From sequence record OZ335958.1: a DNA stretch of 64,000 nt. One strand, given 5' to 3'. Below, piece after piece: positions 20,337 through 29,403 of the stretch. Position numbers and translations under genes: made by a program. The notes under the pieces are model-generated. The model searched no databases. It worked only from the letters and a program-made list of their open reading frames with translations, and was not told the origin of the DNA. This DNA is from a phage. The number at the start of each line of letters is the position of its first letter. Within the stretch, counting starts at the first letter, position 1.

Positions 20337-20513
20337 TCAAGTATTGTAAAACATTCGATGCAATCGCTTATATTGTCGAATCATCTTTTTAGTAGGACGA
20401 GAATAAGTTCCTACACAAGTGGTCATATTAGGGTCTGTAGAATTTCCTTTAATAAAAAGTTTCCAGACTTTACCACCATTTAGCTTTTCAGTATAAATCA
20501 ATTCAGTTTTCAT
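20337..20513 (-). CDS. hypothetical small protein (58 aa)
   Basis: ATG overlaps stop of upstream ORF (TAATG); below the 60-aa track cutoff. Confidence 0.3.
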   Translation of the reverse strand: MKTELIYTEKLNGGKVWKLFIKGNSTDPNMTTCVGTYSRPTKKMIRQYKRLHRMFYNT

Positions 20514-20977
20514 TAGAATGGCCTATCAGAAAAAGAAATTTGAGTTTCAAGCCATTCAATATATTCTGCCGCAGCTTGCATCAAATTTCCTTCATAACCA
20601 TCGTTATTTTCTTGTGCAGCTAATTTAGCTAATGCGTATGAAATGCGTTCACCTTGAAAAGCGGCTTTAGGTTTATGAATAACTTGATCAACTCGTTCTA
20701 CAACTTCTTCAATTTCGCCATTTTCTGCTGATTCAGTATTCCACAAGCACCAATATGTAATTGGCTTATCATAGATGTTAATAATCTTTCCATCAGAAAG
20801 TTCAATTTCAATAATTCCAGTATCAGGTTCTATGTCATCTTCACATTCTTTTACAAGTTCACGAACTTTAAAGACAGTACCTGCACTAAGTTCCGGCCAG
20901 TAATTACACAGCCCTTTATCAGCACGATTAATTCTAAACCACTTATCTACTGCAATCATGTCCCATCTCCATATCAA
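20513..20977 (-). CDS. hypothetical protein
   Basis: 154-aa ORF. Confidence 0.45.
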   Translation of the reverse strand: MIWRWDMIAVDKWFRINRADKGLCNYWPELSAGTVFKVRELVKECEDDIEPDTGIIEIELSDGKIINIYDKPITYWCLWNTESAENGEIEEVVERVDQVIHKPKAAFQGERISYALAKLAAQENNDGYEGNLMQAAAEYIEWLETQISFSDRPF

Positions 20978-21082
20978 TTAAGTCGTTTATCGTCGGTTCA
21001 TTATATACTGTTTCTTCATCAGTGTAAACCGGTTCTTCCGGCTCTGGCTCTACAGTTTCCCATCTAGCCGCCCACCAAGGTT

Positions 21083-21430
21083 TTATAGCGTAATCCATTC
21101 TCGTACTGTCTGAGTTACTACACGTTCACGGGGCTCGACTAGTTCAACAGTCGGAACTGCATAATACCAGTCAGAATGATAAGAACCTGAGCGAGATTCA
21201 TTTACAGACACATGAACGTTATGTTTTGGACTAAAATAAATGCACTGCCGGTATTGACATTTGCCGTCTTGTACCCAATCTTCTATTTCGATAGGTTTAA
21301 GATAATCTGAAAAATCGAAATCATAATTTTCTGAAAATGCATCATGGTCTTCAATGATTTCACCCAGAACTGCATCAACATCGTAAATCATATTTACCCC
21401 AGTTTGACCATACAATCGCCATATTTCCAT
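21083..21430 (-). CDS. hypothetical protein
   Basis: 115-aa acidic ORF. Confidence 0.4.
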   Translation of the reverse strand: MEIWRLYGQTGVNMIYDVDAVLGEIIEDHDAFSENYDFDFSDYLKPIEIEDWVQDGKCQYRQCIYFSPKHNVHVSVNESRSGSYHSDWYYAVPTVELVEPRERVVTQTVREWITL

Positions 21431-21609
21431 TTAGAAATAGACTTTTCACCATTAAAATAATAAACTTCGAGTTTAGCACGATTATTTTTAATTTGAATAA
21501 CCTTGGCTGTCATCAAAGTTCCATACCCATAATAAACTGCAACCTCATCACCTACATATACCGCGCTTCCGCGGTAGTCATGGATATAATCAGTTCCTTC
21601 GAGCATCAT
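21394..21609 (-). CDS. hypothetical protein
   Basis: 71-aa ORF, 4-nt overlap with nrdC. Confidence 0.4.
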   Translation of the reverse strand: MMLEGTDYIHDYRGSAVYVGDEVAVYYGYGTLMTAKVIQIKNNRAKLEVYYFNGEKSISKWKYGDCMVKLG

Positions 21610-21869
21610 TTAAAATATTCCCGCAATTGGTCAAATCCACCAATATAACTTCCATCAGGAGCAAATACTTGTGGCATCGTCAAACCAATTTGAGTATCAC
21701 GACCTAGTTTCGTCAGAAGCTCAGCGATTTTCTCATCATCAAAAACACCTTTTTCTGGCATAATGTTGATAAATTCAAACGGCTGTTTCTTCACAGCCAA
21801 AAGACGTTTTGCATTATCGCAATACACACATTTATGGATACTGCTATCATAACCATATACTTTAAACAT
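21606..21869 (-). CDS. nrdC: thioredoxin/glutaredoxin
   Basis: 87 aa, active site CVYC, recognised as T4 thioredoxin. Confidence 0.85.
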   Translation of the reverse strand: MFKVYGYDSSIHKCVYCDNAKRLLAVKKQPFEFINIMPEKGVFDDEKIAELLTKLGRDTQIGLTMPQVFAPDGSYIGGFDQLREYFK

Positions 21870-21870
21870 A

Positions 21871-22128
21871 TTATTCCTTAATTCCTAGTACTTGTTTAAA
21901 AGTCTCGTCGTAATCAAGACTTTGGCCCGTTTGTTCTTTATGTTTGTATATAATATCACTTATTTCTGATAGCATATTTTTATATGAACGAGTTAAAGCA
22001 GATTTAAGCACGCTGTATCTATCAGGAAATTTACCGTGTTCATTATAATACGCTATTGCTAATTCACGGACTGCCTTTTCAGCAATCTCCATATATTCTT
22101 TACGCTTGGTCATTTTCTTCTCGGTCAA
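21871..22128 (-). CDS. hypothetical protein
   Basis: 85-aa ORF. Confidence 0.4.
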   Translation of the reverse strand: MTEKKMTKRKEYMEIAEKAVRELAIAYYNEHGKFPDRYSVLKSALTRSYKNMLSEISDIIYKHKEQTGQSLDYDETFKQVLGIKE

Positions 22129-22417
22129 ATCGGTGTTTGCAATGACGGCATTTATAACGAAGATTACTAGTCTGCCAATGAACTAATTGTACCTGTTCAG
22201 TACCGCATTCAGGACAATTAGGAACGTTTTTAGAAGCCCTTTCGCGACGTTCAACCATAGCCATAATGGCATCCCAAGCTGGAGGTTTAAAATCTAAATC
22301 GTCACAACCATGAATCTTTCCACGCATTTCCAGATCGTCTTCTTCACCAGCCATAATAATTTTAATTAGACTGGAATTACTTGAAGCTGCAATATCTTCT
22401 AATAGACGCTTTTTCAT
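22100..22417 (-). CDS. zinc-ribbon protein
   Basis: 105 aa with CPECG...CRHC C4 motif. Confidence 0.4.
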   Translation of the reverse strand: MKKRLLEDIAASSNSSLIKIIMAGEEDDLEMRGKIHGCDDLDFKPPAWDAIMAMVERRERASKNVPNCPECGTEQVQLVHWQTSNLRYKCRHCKHRFDREENDQA

Positions 22418-23343
22418 TTCAGCACCTCAATAGCATTACGTAAACCATTTGCTTTTGCATTAAGAGCTTTTAACAATTTGGTGTGTTCGGCAATCTGGGC
22501 TTCAACTTCAATCAAACGAGCATTGAGATATTCACGTTCTTCGCTCAAGTTATCAATCTTTTCTACTTTAGGCTCTTTTACAACTGTCTTATATGTATTA
22601 GGGTTCTTCAGTTTAATTAGAATGCGTGAACTGTATAACATTGAACCATTATCTTCGGTTTCGTCATACATTTCTACTACGTCCATGATTTTTAACATCA
22701 TGCGAAGTTTATAAGACAACGAACGAATAGTTTTGTTGTGCTTATTAATTTCTTTAGAGTTCATGGTGCCGAGATTACGTGAGTAATAATAAGGAACCTG
22801 GATATTAATTAATACTGATGAACCACCTGGCTTGTGTGTTACTTCATCAGCAATAACCCAGTCCTTAACATGAACTGTATTTGTACGGTCATCACCCGCG
22901 GTAAACAGTTTGCGAGCATGCTTAAAAAGCATATTCACTTGGGTATTGAATTGACAAGCAAATTTATCAGCAAATTTAGTTTCAGGAATGGTAGATAGCC
23001 AATCAGCTAAATGGGTCTTTTTAACATCGTTAACAATAGTAAATTCAACCAAATCGGTTATAGATGTCGCAGATTTAATGAAGCTCGGCTTCATAAAGTT
23101 TTTAATGTTATCACGAGCTACAGTAGAAGATAACATACGAGAACGTTTAAACCATTCAAGCAAATTGCCTAATGAATGAGAATAGGCGTTCTGAGTATCT
23201 TTACAGATATGATTTTCCTGGCCAACATATTGAAGGAAATCACGAAGAATATTATTGATTACTGCTCTGTGTCCGATCTGATAATTACGATGTTTAGTAA
23301 TAAGACTGTCAAAATAATCAATATAATGTTTACGAGTTTTCAT
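22414..23343 (-). CDS. hypothetical protein with C-terminal coiled coil (array member 1)
   Basis: 309 aa, ATG start; last about 45 residues heptad-like. Confidence 0.5.
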   Translation of the reverse strand: MKTRKHYIDYFDSLITKHRNYQIGHRAVINNILRDFLQYVGQENHICKDTQNAYSHSLGNLLEWFKRSRMLSSTVARDNIKNFMKPSFIKSATSITDLVEFTIVNDVKKTHLADWLSTIPETKFADKFACQFNTQVNMLFKHARKLFTAGDDRTNTVHVKDWVIADEVTHKPGGSSVLINIQVPYYYSRNLGTMNSKEINKHNKTIRSLSYKLRMMLKIMDVVEMYDETEDNGSMLYSSRILIKLKNPNTYKTVVKEPKVEKIDNLSEEREYLNARLIEVEAQIAEHTKLLKALNAKANGLRNAIEVLK

Positions 23344-23395
23344 GTTCTTCTCACTTGGTTAATGATTTATGCTCCGAGCCATCCTTGGCTTTAAA

Positions 23396-24397
23396 TTACT
23401 TAATTAATTGTAAAGCTTGTTCAAGACGATCTAGGCGATTAACAGATTCTTCCCAAATCCTTTTAGCCTGCTCATAATCTTTCTGCGCTTTATTAGAAAT
23501 TTCTAGAACTTCTTTATAAGCTTTTTCTAGTGCAATAACTTCTGGACGAATTTCTACCGGTTCAGGTGAATCGTCAAGACATTCCATTAGTTCCTCAAGG
23601 GTAGTTTCTTCTTTAGGAGTATTCACAATTTCATCACATTTTTGTTGGTAAATTTCTTTATCAGTCGGTGAGTACGCACACTTTACTTCACGGAGACTAA
23701 CTACAATTTTATATCCTTCCCAACCGCATATATTCTTAAAAGGATAAGTATGAATATTTTCTACTGTTTCCATACAAAGTAATGCGGTCTCTAACTGACG
23801 AGTTATATCGCTAGCAATTGAGAAAAATTTATTAATGTTCTTTTGATTAGCTTCTGGTGTAAAAAATTCATAATTCACAAAAATAGCTGCTTTATTTTTA
23901 TCAAGCTCATATTCTTTTATGATAATCATATCAGAAGCCCAAGGATGGATTTGACGATAATCACCATAGCATAATTTAGAAGCTGATTTTAGAAGTTGCT
24001 TCTTGAAAAGTCTGAAATTACTAATCCAACGACGAGTAAAAATATTCTCAGGGTCTTCTTTATTATTAAGATGATAAGAATTAACATCACCGAACCAATT
24101 ATATCCTACTACATCTTTAGTTCGTTTAATTTCTTTCCCAAATTTACTAAGAATATCTCTGTTGACTAAGTATGAAAGAAGACGAGAACCTTTAAAGGTT
24201 TCCTTAATATCATCTTTATATTCGCAACTAGAAATTTTATGAACTTCATGAATAAATTTGTCGGAAGAAACAATACTTGCATCAGTATTGTTGAGCCACT
24301 GATTGATAATAGAAAGAACACTATTCTGACTAGACATAGATTTAACTTTATCATCAATAACGCTATTGAATGATTTGATATATTCGTTACGAGTCAT
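23396..24397 (-). CDS. hypothetical protein with C-terminal coiled coil (array member 2)
   Basis: ATG at 24397 with GAGGAG RBS preferred over track start 24427; about 333 aa. Confidence 0.5.
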   Translation of the reverse strand: MTRNEYIKSFNSVIDDKVKSMSSQNSVLSIINQWLNNTDASIVSSDKFIHEVHKISSCEYKDDIKETFKGSRLLSYLVNRDILSKFGKEIKRTKDVVGYNWFGDVNSYHLNNKEDPENIFTRRWISNFRLFKKQLLKSASKLCYGDYRQIHPWASDMIIIKEYELDKNKAAIFVNYEFFTPEANQKNINKFFSIASDITRQLETALLCMETVENIHTYPFKNICGWEGYKIVVSLREVKCAYSPTDKEIYQQKCDEIVNTPKEETTLEELMECLDDSPEPVEIRPEVIALEKAYKEVLEISNKAQKDYEQAKRIWEESVNRLDRLEQALQLIK

Positions 24398-24454
24398 ATT
24401 AATCTCCTCAGTAGAAAGTAAGAACATTATACCACATCCTTGTGGCGAAGTAAA

Positions 24455-25480
24455 CTAGTTTAGTGCATTTAGTGCATTGTTCAGTTTAGAACGTTGCTTC
24501 GTGAGATTTTTGACTTTTTCTTGAGCTTTTTCTAGTATCTTTTCAGCTTCTAACACTTCATTAGTTGCTTTAATGAGTTCATCATCTACTGCCTTGATAG
24601 ACTTCTCAATCGCATCTGCATGCCATTTTTCAACAGGTTTAAGACTCGGATTTTCAACAGGAAGAAAATTCGCTTTATTGAATTTCCATGCATCCTTATT
24701 ACCTGAACTATACATCCAAAATTTAGGATCGTTTGATGAGTAATTGGATAAATTTAAGTTATAGTTATCTTGTACTTCCTGCTTTTTCTCTTGCGGGATT
24801 TCGTCCTTTCTCAAAAAATCATATTTAAATGAAACGATCATATCAAGTTCATACGTTGTTGTATGTTCCCAATTTCGCTCAAAATGAGGTAAAATCTTAG
24901 ACTGAACCGCGGCAACTACATCCATATACTTAAATGCTTCTGTCAACTGTGATTTAAGGCATTCACAAATTGAAAGAGAATTTTTTGTATTAGGTTTAAA
25001 GCTAATTCGTGCAGTTCTGTTATTTTCTTTTAATGGTCTTACTTCCATCTGAAGAGTATAACCATCAAATTTCAGATTCTTTAAGTTAATATCAGAACCT
25101 TTTAATCGACTCGCAATTGATAAAATTTGTTTTAATTGTTTACGGAATAGAGCAATAAATCTCCATTCAATACGATAATGATTTGGATTGAAAAATCCAG
25201 ATGATAAATCGACCTTACTTTGACCAACGCCTTGAACAAATAGAGGATTTTTATAATCAATAGTTTTACAGAAATCGGTGAGCTGCTCACGAGCAGTCAT
25301 TTGTGTAATATACCCCGCTTTACTAAAATGACGTAACCATTCACTGCTATTCATATATTTAAAGTGAATATCACTATTAACTTTATCAGGGTCTAAATTA
25401 TTTTGACACAAAAATGTCATAACATCACGAGTATAGCTGGCATTACGAACCATATCTTCAATTTGAGAACGAGTTTTCAT
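24455..25480 (-). CDS. hypothetical protein with C-terminal coiled coil (array member 3)
   Basis: 341 aa; N-terminus MKTRSQ resembles member 1 MKTRKH. Confidence 0.5.
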   Translation of the reverse strand: MKTRSQIEDMVRNASYTRDVMTFLCQNNLDPDKVNSDIHFKYMNSSEWLRHFSKAGYITQMTAREQLTDFCKTIDYKNPLFVQGVGQSKVDLSSGFFNPNHYRIEWRFIALFRKQLKQILSIASRLKGSDINLKNLKFDGYTLQMEVRPLKENNRTARISFKPNTKNSLSICECLKSQLTEAFKYMDVVAAVQSKILPHFERNWEHTTTYELDMIVSFKYDFLRKDEIPQEKKQEVQDNYNLNLSNYSSNDPKFWMYSSGNKDAWKFNKANFLPVENPSLKPVEKWHADAIEKSIKAVDDELIKATNEVLEAEKILEKAQEKVKNLTKQRSKLNNALNALN

Positions 25481-25488
25481 GGTGTTCC

Positions 25489-26379
25489 TTAAGATTTAAG
25501 TAAATCAACAATTTTAATTAACTTTTCACGCTCAGATTTAGCTTTACTACTCAGTCCAGATAGTCTGAAAATTTCATCATCATATTGTTGAATGGAAATA
25601 TTCAGCTCTTCAATCTGTTTATTAAAATAATCAATTTGTTCAGAATGTTTTTCGTTACTACGAACTGGTACAGGTTTCGTAGGCAATGTAGTTGAACTGG
25701 ATTCATCCGGGCGATAAATTAAAATACAACTTGAACCAATAGGGCATTTTGCACCAGATGAATATTCTAATGTTCCAGCTTCTTTTAAAACTTCAAAAGC
25801 TAAACAGAGATGATGCCCCATATTAACATAATCTGTGGAGCGAGCTCTGATGTAATAATCATCGCCACGAATACTAAATTTAAAGCATTTAAGGTCTTCC
25901 GTATTATTGGTCTTAAAAATCATTTGTTTATCTAGACCTTTAGCTAATCGAGCGCCTAATGCTAATAATCGTCGTTGATTTTCCCACAAATCCACAATCA
26001 TTTGATCGAATGATAATTTCGGCATTAGTCGACCATAAAGGTCATATCCTTTATTATAATTACGAAGGATTTCACTCGCGTTAATACGAGACAATGCTCC
26101 AATTTTATTAAGAGCTTTCATAATGCGATTAGATAAACTCATTCCAGACCCATTTGTTCGCTGTAAATGTTTTTCTAATCCAAATCCAATATCAACTTTA
26201 AACTTATCTAAAATTTCTGCATGAACATCTCTGTCGATAACATTCAAATCCAAAGTTGGGTTAAATCTATGAAAAAATTTATCTGGCTCTGCACTGCGAA
26301 ATACAGTCCATTCATTCATCATTTTTTTATTAACTAAAGATTTAATTACTGCATTGACATTATTAATTACTACTGACAT
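25489..26379 (-). CDS. hypothetical protein with C-terminal coiled coil (array member 4)
   Basis: Track ORF starts at TTG 26400; ATG at 26379 with GAGG RBS gives 296 aa. Confidence 0.5.
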   Translation of the reverse strand: MSVVINNVNAVIKSLVNKKMMNEWTVFRSAEPDKFFHRFNPTLDLNVIDRDVHAEILDKFKVDIGFGLEKHLQRTNGSGMSLSNRIMKALNKIGALSRINASEILRNYNKGYDLYGRLMPKLSFDQMIVDLWENQRRLLALGARLAKGLDKQMIFKTNNTEDLKCFKFSIRGDDYYIRARSTDYVNMGHHLCLAFEVLKEAGTLEYSSGAKCPIGSSCILIYRPDESSSTTLPTKPVPVRSNEKHSEQIDYFNKQIEELNISIQQYDDEIFRLSGLSSKAKSEREKLIKIVDLLKS

Positions 26380-26386
26380 ATTTTCC

Positions 26387-26794
26387 TCACTCAATTTCAA
26401 TTTTACTAAATATACAGAATAAGATGGAACAGACTATATAAGCACCACACACAGATTGAACTAATACCATTCCAAAGAACCAAACAATATTATCAAACAA
26501 TGTCTGTTTTACGTCGAAAGGACGTAAACTTACAGTAATATTATCACCTTTTTCTATTGAAGAATACATCTCTGGGGAAATATATTCACTAAATCTATAA
26601 CCGTCTTTGAGTTCATATACGGCAATAAACGATAAACTAGACCCTTTTCCTTGCGTTCCTGTAATGGTATTAACTACAGTAACATCATAATCTTTATAAT
26701 GCATATAATCATTAATTGCGTAATAACCATATGCAATTACTACACATAAACAACATATCAATAAATTCAATCTTTTAATTATCAACTGTTTCAT
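26387..26794 (-). CDS. membrane protein
   Basis: 135 aa; N- and C-terminal hydrophobic segments. Confidence 0.45.
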   Translation of the reverse strand: MKQLIIKRLNLLICCLCVVIAYGYYAINDYMHYKDYDVTVVNTITGTQGKGSSLSFIAVYELKDGYRFSEYISPEMYSSIEKGDNITVSLRPFDVKQTLFDNIVWFFGMVLVQSVCGAYIVCSILFCIFSKIEIE

Positions 26795-26849
26795 AATAAT
26801 CTCAATTAAAAGGGCTTAGAACCATTATACCATCCTTGGTATAAAGCGG

Positions 26850-27377
26850 TTATGCGAGTACCGTCTTTAACCGTTCTTCAAACTTCCGAAGAGTATTTTG
26901 GCGTTCAGCTCTTTGCTTTTTGTAAGTTTCAATACGCTCTGAAATGAGAGTGTATCGTTCATTTACTGATTCTTTCATAAAATCAGGAATTTCACGAGAA
27001 GCTTTAATCTCGTCAAATTTATCAATAACAGCTTGCTCTTCAGCAATTAAGTTATCATACATTAAAATATCTTTCTTGATGAACTCAATATCTTCTTGAG
27101 TTACACGAGATAATTTAGATGCTTTATCCTTTTTGTACTGTTCGTTAGTATCACGAGACCAGTGTAATGTACGATTTTTATTCGTATTTTTGTAAATTTC
27201 TACAATACCGATCTCATCAATAATAACGATCCAATTCCAACGGGATTTGTAAATTTGTCCTCCATCAACAGTGATTTCACCTCCGATTGAGATGTCATTA
27301 AAGAACTTGCTTTGTGCCTCAGATTTAAATTTACCATCGTTGTAATTTACCAAGTTGAAAATATCTTTAGCGTTCAT
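26850..27377 (-). CDS. hypothetical protein
   Basis: 175 aa; early-type promoter immediately upstream. Confidence 0.45.
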   Translation of the reverse strand: MNAKDIFNLVNYNDGKFKSEAQSKFFNDISIGGEITVDGGQIYKSRWNWIVIIDEIGIVEIYKNTNKNRTLHWSRDTNEQYKKDKASKLSRVTQEDIEFIKKDILMYDNLIAEEQAVIDKFDEIKASREIPDFMKESVNERYTLISERIETYKKQRAERQNTLRKFEERLKTVLA

Positions 27378-27405
27378 TTTCTGTTCCTCCGTAGTTGATA
27401 GGGTA

Positions 27406-27435
27406 ATAGTACCACAGAGGAACAGTCTTGTAAAC
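27406..27435 (-). promoter_or_regulatory. T4 early-type promoter
   Basis: Minus-strand GTTTAC (27435..27430), 18 bp, TACTAT (27411..27406). Confidence 0.5.
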
Positions 27436-27437
27436 CA

Positions 27438-27752
27438 CTAAAAGAAACTTCTTTCACAATTTTTTCCACTGAACCATGCACTCACTGCTTTCTTAGTCTC
27501 AGGAGCAGTGTTATCCATAAACCATTCAAAGGCAGCCTTTTTATGATTCTGGAGGGCTTCTCGGGCTTTAATCTGCTCACGGTCTATTAACACTAACATA
27601 TGAGCCTTTCTTGTCACCATGGGCTTCTTATGATTTTTTGAATACTCCCAGTCATTTGTCCATCGCATTGTCGTTGCGAACTTAAATACTTCTTCTTTAA
27701 TTTTAGTTTCGTAAATTTCACGAGCCTTTGAGTATAACATCATTACCTCCAT
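27438..27752 (-). CDS. hypothetical protein
   Basis: 104-aa ORF. Confidence 0.4.
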   Translation of the reverse strand: MEVMMLYSKAREIYETKIKEEVFKFATTMRWTNDWEYSKNHKKPMVTRKAHMLVLIDREQIKAREALQNHKKAAFEWFMDNTAPETKKAVSAWFSGKNCERSFF

Positions 27753-27841
27753 TCACCAGTTTAATTCTAGTCATCTTTTTAATGGCAGTCCATATAATCT
27801 ATTTCTGAACTGCCTTTTTGTCATAGAAGTCCTCTTATGAA

Positions 27842-28810
27842 TTATTTCAGAAGAGTAACCTCAGCGATTTCTTCCCAACCGTTTTTGTCGGTCATAATAA
27901 AGTCAGCAAGATAAAGAGCAGTACGCAGTGAAACATTGCGTAAACGATTAACATTAACTTTCATCCATGATAATGCTTTATAAGTTTCTTCATCAGAAAG
28001 ACCGCGCTTTTGCATCATGTCAGTTGAAAGAATAACATCTTCAACCCTGACCATAATTTCTTCATTAGTATGAACACCCAAATCCAAATAAACTGAGCGG
28101 GACACTAATGCTTGTAAATGTGGAGCAAGTTTAGTACCGCGGTCTAATTCGCGGTCAATGTCAACGTTTGTGATAAAAACAATCGTTCCTTTAAATTCAA
28201 ACTCACGCTCAATGCCTTTTTCTTCTAAGTAAGAAGACGCAGTGCTCCAGCAGACTTTACGGGTCTCTCCAGTGTCCAGAGCGGCTTTTAGAAGATTAAG
28301 AATGTCCATATCAGAGAAAACATCCACATCATCAATCAAAAGGACAGAATTCTCTTCACGATTATTCCAAAGCTGCTCATAAAGACCAATACCAGAGATT
28401 TTACCATTAATGCTTTTATATTCAATGTATCCAATATCATTTGCTTTATTCAAAGCTTTATCTAAAGAATACGTTTTACCAATACCTGCTGCACCAGAGA
28501 TAATCAATGAACGAATATTTCCATTAATAATACCATTCGTCATCATTCCCATAACATTAAATCTTTTATTAATGCGGGTTTTCATATCTTCATACGATTC
28601 TTTAACTTCTTCAACTTTTACACCATCATATGAAATATCTGATTTGTAAACCCAAACACCGCGACGTTTACCGTCAATTTCAACAAAAACTTTACCATCT
28701 CCTTGTGCATCTACCGGAGCATTATCTGGGAACCATTCGCCTAAGAGCTCAAAAGTTCCAGAGATTTCTTTACCGAAGTAGATACCCTTATTGATAGTTA
28801 CAGTTTTCAT
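27842..28810 (-). CDS. P-loop ATPase (AAA-like)
   Basis: Walker A GAAGIGKT, Walker B LLIDDVD; track start 28828 is GTG, ATG at 28810 has GGAG RBS. Confidence 0.55.
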   Translation of the reverse strand: MKTVTINKGIYFGKEISGTFELLGEWFPDNAPVDAQGDGKVFVEIDGKRRGVWVYKSDISYDGVKVEEVKESYEDMKTRINKRFNVMGMMTNGIINGNIRSLIISGAAGIGKTYSLDKALNKANDIGYIEYKSINGKISGIGLYEQLWNNREENSVLLIDDVDVFSDMDILNLLKAALDTGETRKVCWSTASSYLEEKGIEREFEFKGTIVFITNVDIDRELDRGTKLAPHLQALVSRSVYLDLGVHTNEEIMVRVEDVILSTDMMQKRGLSDEETYKALSWMKVNVNRLRNVSLRTALYLADFIMTDKNGWEEIAEVTLLK

Positions 28811-28846
28811 TTTATTCTCCAATTTCACATTTGTTTTGATAGGGTA

Positions 28847-28876
28847 ATAGTATCACACTACTACCCTACTGTAAAC
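28847..28876 (-). promoter_or_regulatory. T4 early-type promoter
   Basis: Minus-strand GTTTAC (28876..28871), 18 bp, TACTAT (28852..28847). Confidence 0.5.
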
Positions 28877-28879
28877 AAT

Positions 28880-29143
28880 TTATTTTAATGTTTGCCAAAT
28901 TTTTACTGCTTCGCGACGAGATACTTCTACAGCTCCAAGTTCTACGGCTTTTTGGCGTCGGCGAGCATGTAAGTCATAATGTTTAATGCGTTTATCTTGA
29001 AACCAAGAACGTTTCATTCCTATTGCTTCTGCCATTTTATGAAGCTCTTCAATATCTCCATCAGTGAACATATGACAATTTTTAGTTGGATGACCGCGAA
29101 GTTTCCATCCATGATTCATTAAAACATCTACGTAAACTGTCAT
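28880..29143 (-). CDS. small hypothetical protein (possibly DUF4031-like)
   Basis: 87 aa; MTVYVD...HYDL...GA.EVSRREA pattern resembles a phage DUF from memory only. Confidence 0.35.
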   Translation of the reverse strand: MTVYVDVLMNHGWKLRGHPTKNCHMFTDGDIEELHKMAEAIGMKRSWFQDKRIKHYDLHARRRQKAVELGAVEVSRREAVKIWQTLK

Positions 29144-29323
29144 TGATTCTGCTCCAAATATGTTTCTATAATTTTCTGAGCGAGATAAACTGCGTTATCT
29201 TCAGTTGCATCTTCTAAGAAATTTTCAAAATAAGCTGAAATTTCTTCTGTATCAATCAACTTTTTTACTTCAATTAACGTAGTTTTCATTTTATTCCCCA
29301 AATCCGTATCAGTTGATAGTTGT

Positions 29324-29353
29324 ATAGTACCATAAAGCTTTATGCTTGTAAAC
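29324..29353 (-). promoter_or_regulatory. T4 early-type promoter
   Basis: Minus-strand GTTTAC (29353..29348), 18 bp, TACTAT (29329..29324). Confidence 0.5.
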
Positions 29354-29382
29354 CGTTTTGTGAAAAAATTTTGAAATAAAAA

Positions 29383-29403
29383 AGGGAGCCCGAAGGCTCC
29401 CTA
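29383..29403 (-). terminator. rho-independent terminator after nucleotidyltransferase gene
   Basis: Minus-strand GGGAGCC-UUCG-GGCUCCC followed by UUUUUU. Confidence 0.6.
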
